Assembly: GCF_004010195.1 (NCBI RefSeq)
Contig: NC_057718.1
Span: forward strand, 20,791,635-20,838,264
DNA: 46,630 nt
Direction of reading: 5' to 3'
Source: Chiloscyllium plagiosum
Taxonomy: Eukaryota
Shown: in pieces, positions 46,158 to 46,630 of the stretch
Position numbering within the stretch: the stretch's first letter is position 1
How the letters are laid out: every line of letters starts with the position of its first letter
Notes under the pieces: generated by a model
What the model was told of the DNA's origin: nothing
Seen by the model: the letters and a program-made list of their open reading frames with translations, nothing else
The model's database searches: none
Program-made: the position numbers and the translations under genes

Positions 46158-46630
46158 GCAGAGAGCGGCGGGAGCTGGGCGGAAGTGAAGTCGGAGCGCA
46201 GAGCTGGTCGAGAAGGTAAGTGATTGTTATTTGAGTGACAGTGAGGCAAGGAATAGGGAGAGAGTGCAGTTGAACATGTGGCTGCAAGGATGGTGTAGGA
46301 GGGAGGGCTTCAGGTATTTGGACAATTGGACTGCATTCTGGGGAAGGTGGGACCTGTACAAGCAGGACGGGTTGCACCTGAACCAGCAGGGCACCAATAT
46401 CCTGGGAGGTAGGTTTGCTAGCACTCTTCGGGGGGAGTTTAAACTAATTTGGCAGGGGGATGGGATCCGGACTTGTAGTCCAGCAAGTAGGCTAGCTGTT
46501 TGTCAGCATGTCCAAGAATGTAGGGAGGCTGTGGAGAAGCATTGACAGGGAATATTTGCGGACACAGAGATGGGTTCAAGTGCGTATACTTCAACGCAAG
46601 GAGTATCAGAAATAAGGTAGGTGAACTTAA
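46158..46630 (+). mobile_element. Another CR1 family: GC-rich 5' end joined to the ORF1 esterase C-terminus and the ORF2 start; runs off the window
   Basis: LNMWLQGWCRREGFRYLDNW...DLYKQDGLHLN; KCVYFNARSIRNKVGEL at ~46578-46628. Confidence 0.85.

Overview
Repeat-rich vertebrate genomic DNA, very probably from a shark (an HE1-type SINE, Deu-domain SINEs and shark-type CR1 and Penelope-like repeats support this; the taxon is an inference). The ORF track misses the host gene. Five short minus-strand coding exons (43, 66, 81, 36 and 95 nt; GT-AG, phase-compatible) splice to a continuous peptide ...ALTAYTYLTIFDFF-S-LMTCLISFWVTLKKPSSGYSF-G-FERFEVLAVFAATVLAQLGALFVLKE-S-VERFLEQPEIH-T-GRLLVGTFVALFFNLLTMLSLKNKALSYVSE..., which is zinc transporter ZnT6 (slc30a6). 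The rest is intronic and packed with mobile elements: two long CR1 LINEs with an SGNH-esterase ORF1, many CR1 fragments, a hAT (Buster/Charlie-like) transposon with an 8-bp TSD inside a CR1 ORF1, GIY-YIG Penelope-like elements (PLEs), SINEs, two Tigger-like MITEs and a solo LTR. Three structures stand out. (1) A 1-kb cluster holds three TSD-flanked palindromic mini-PLE insertions with hammerhead-ribozyme cores on both strands. (2) One CR1 has a twin-priming-like 6.4-kb 5' inversion. (3) A 56-bp higher-order GA/GC repeat has expanded inside that CR1's 5'UTR. I see no evidence of a new protein-coding system. Family assignments come from recalled motifs, not from database searches.
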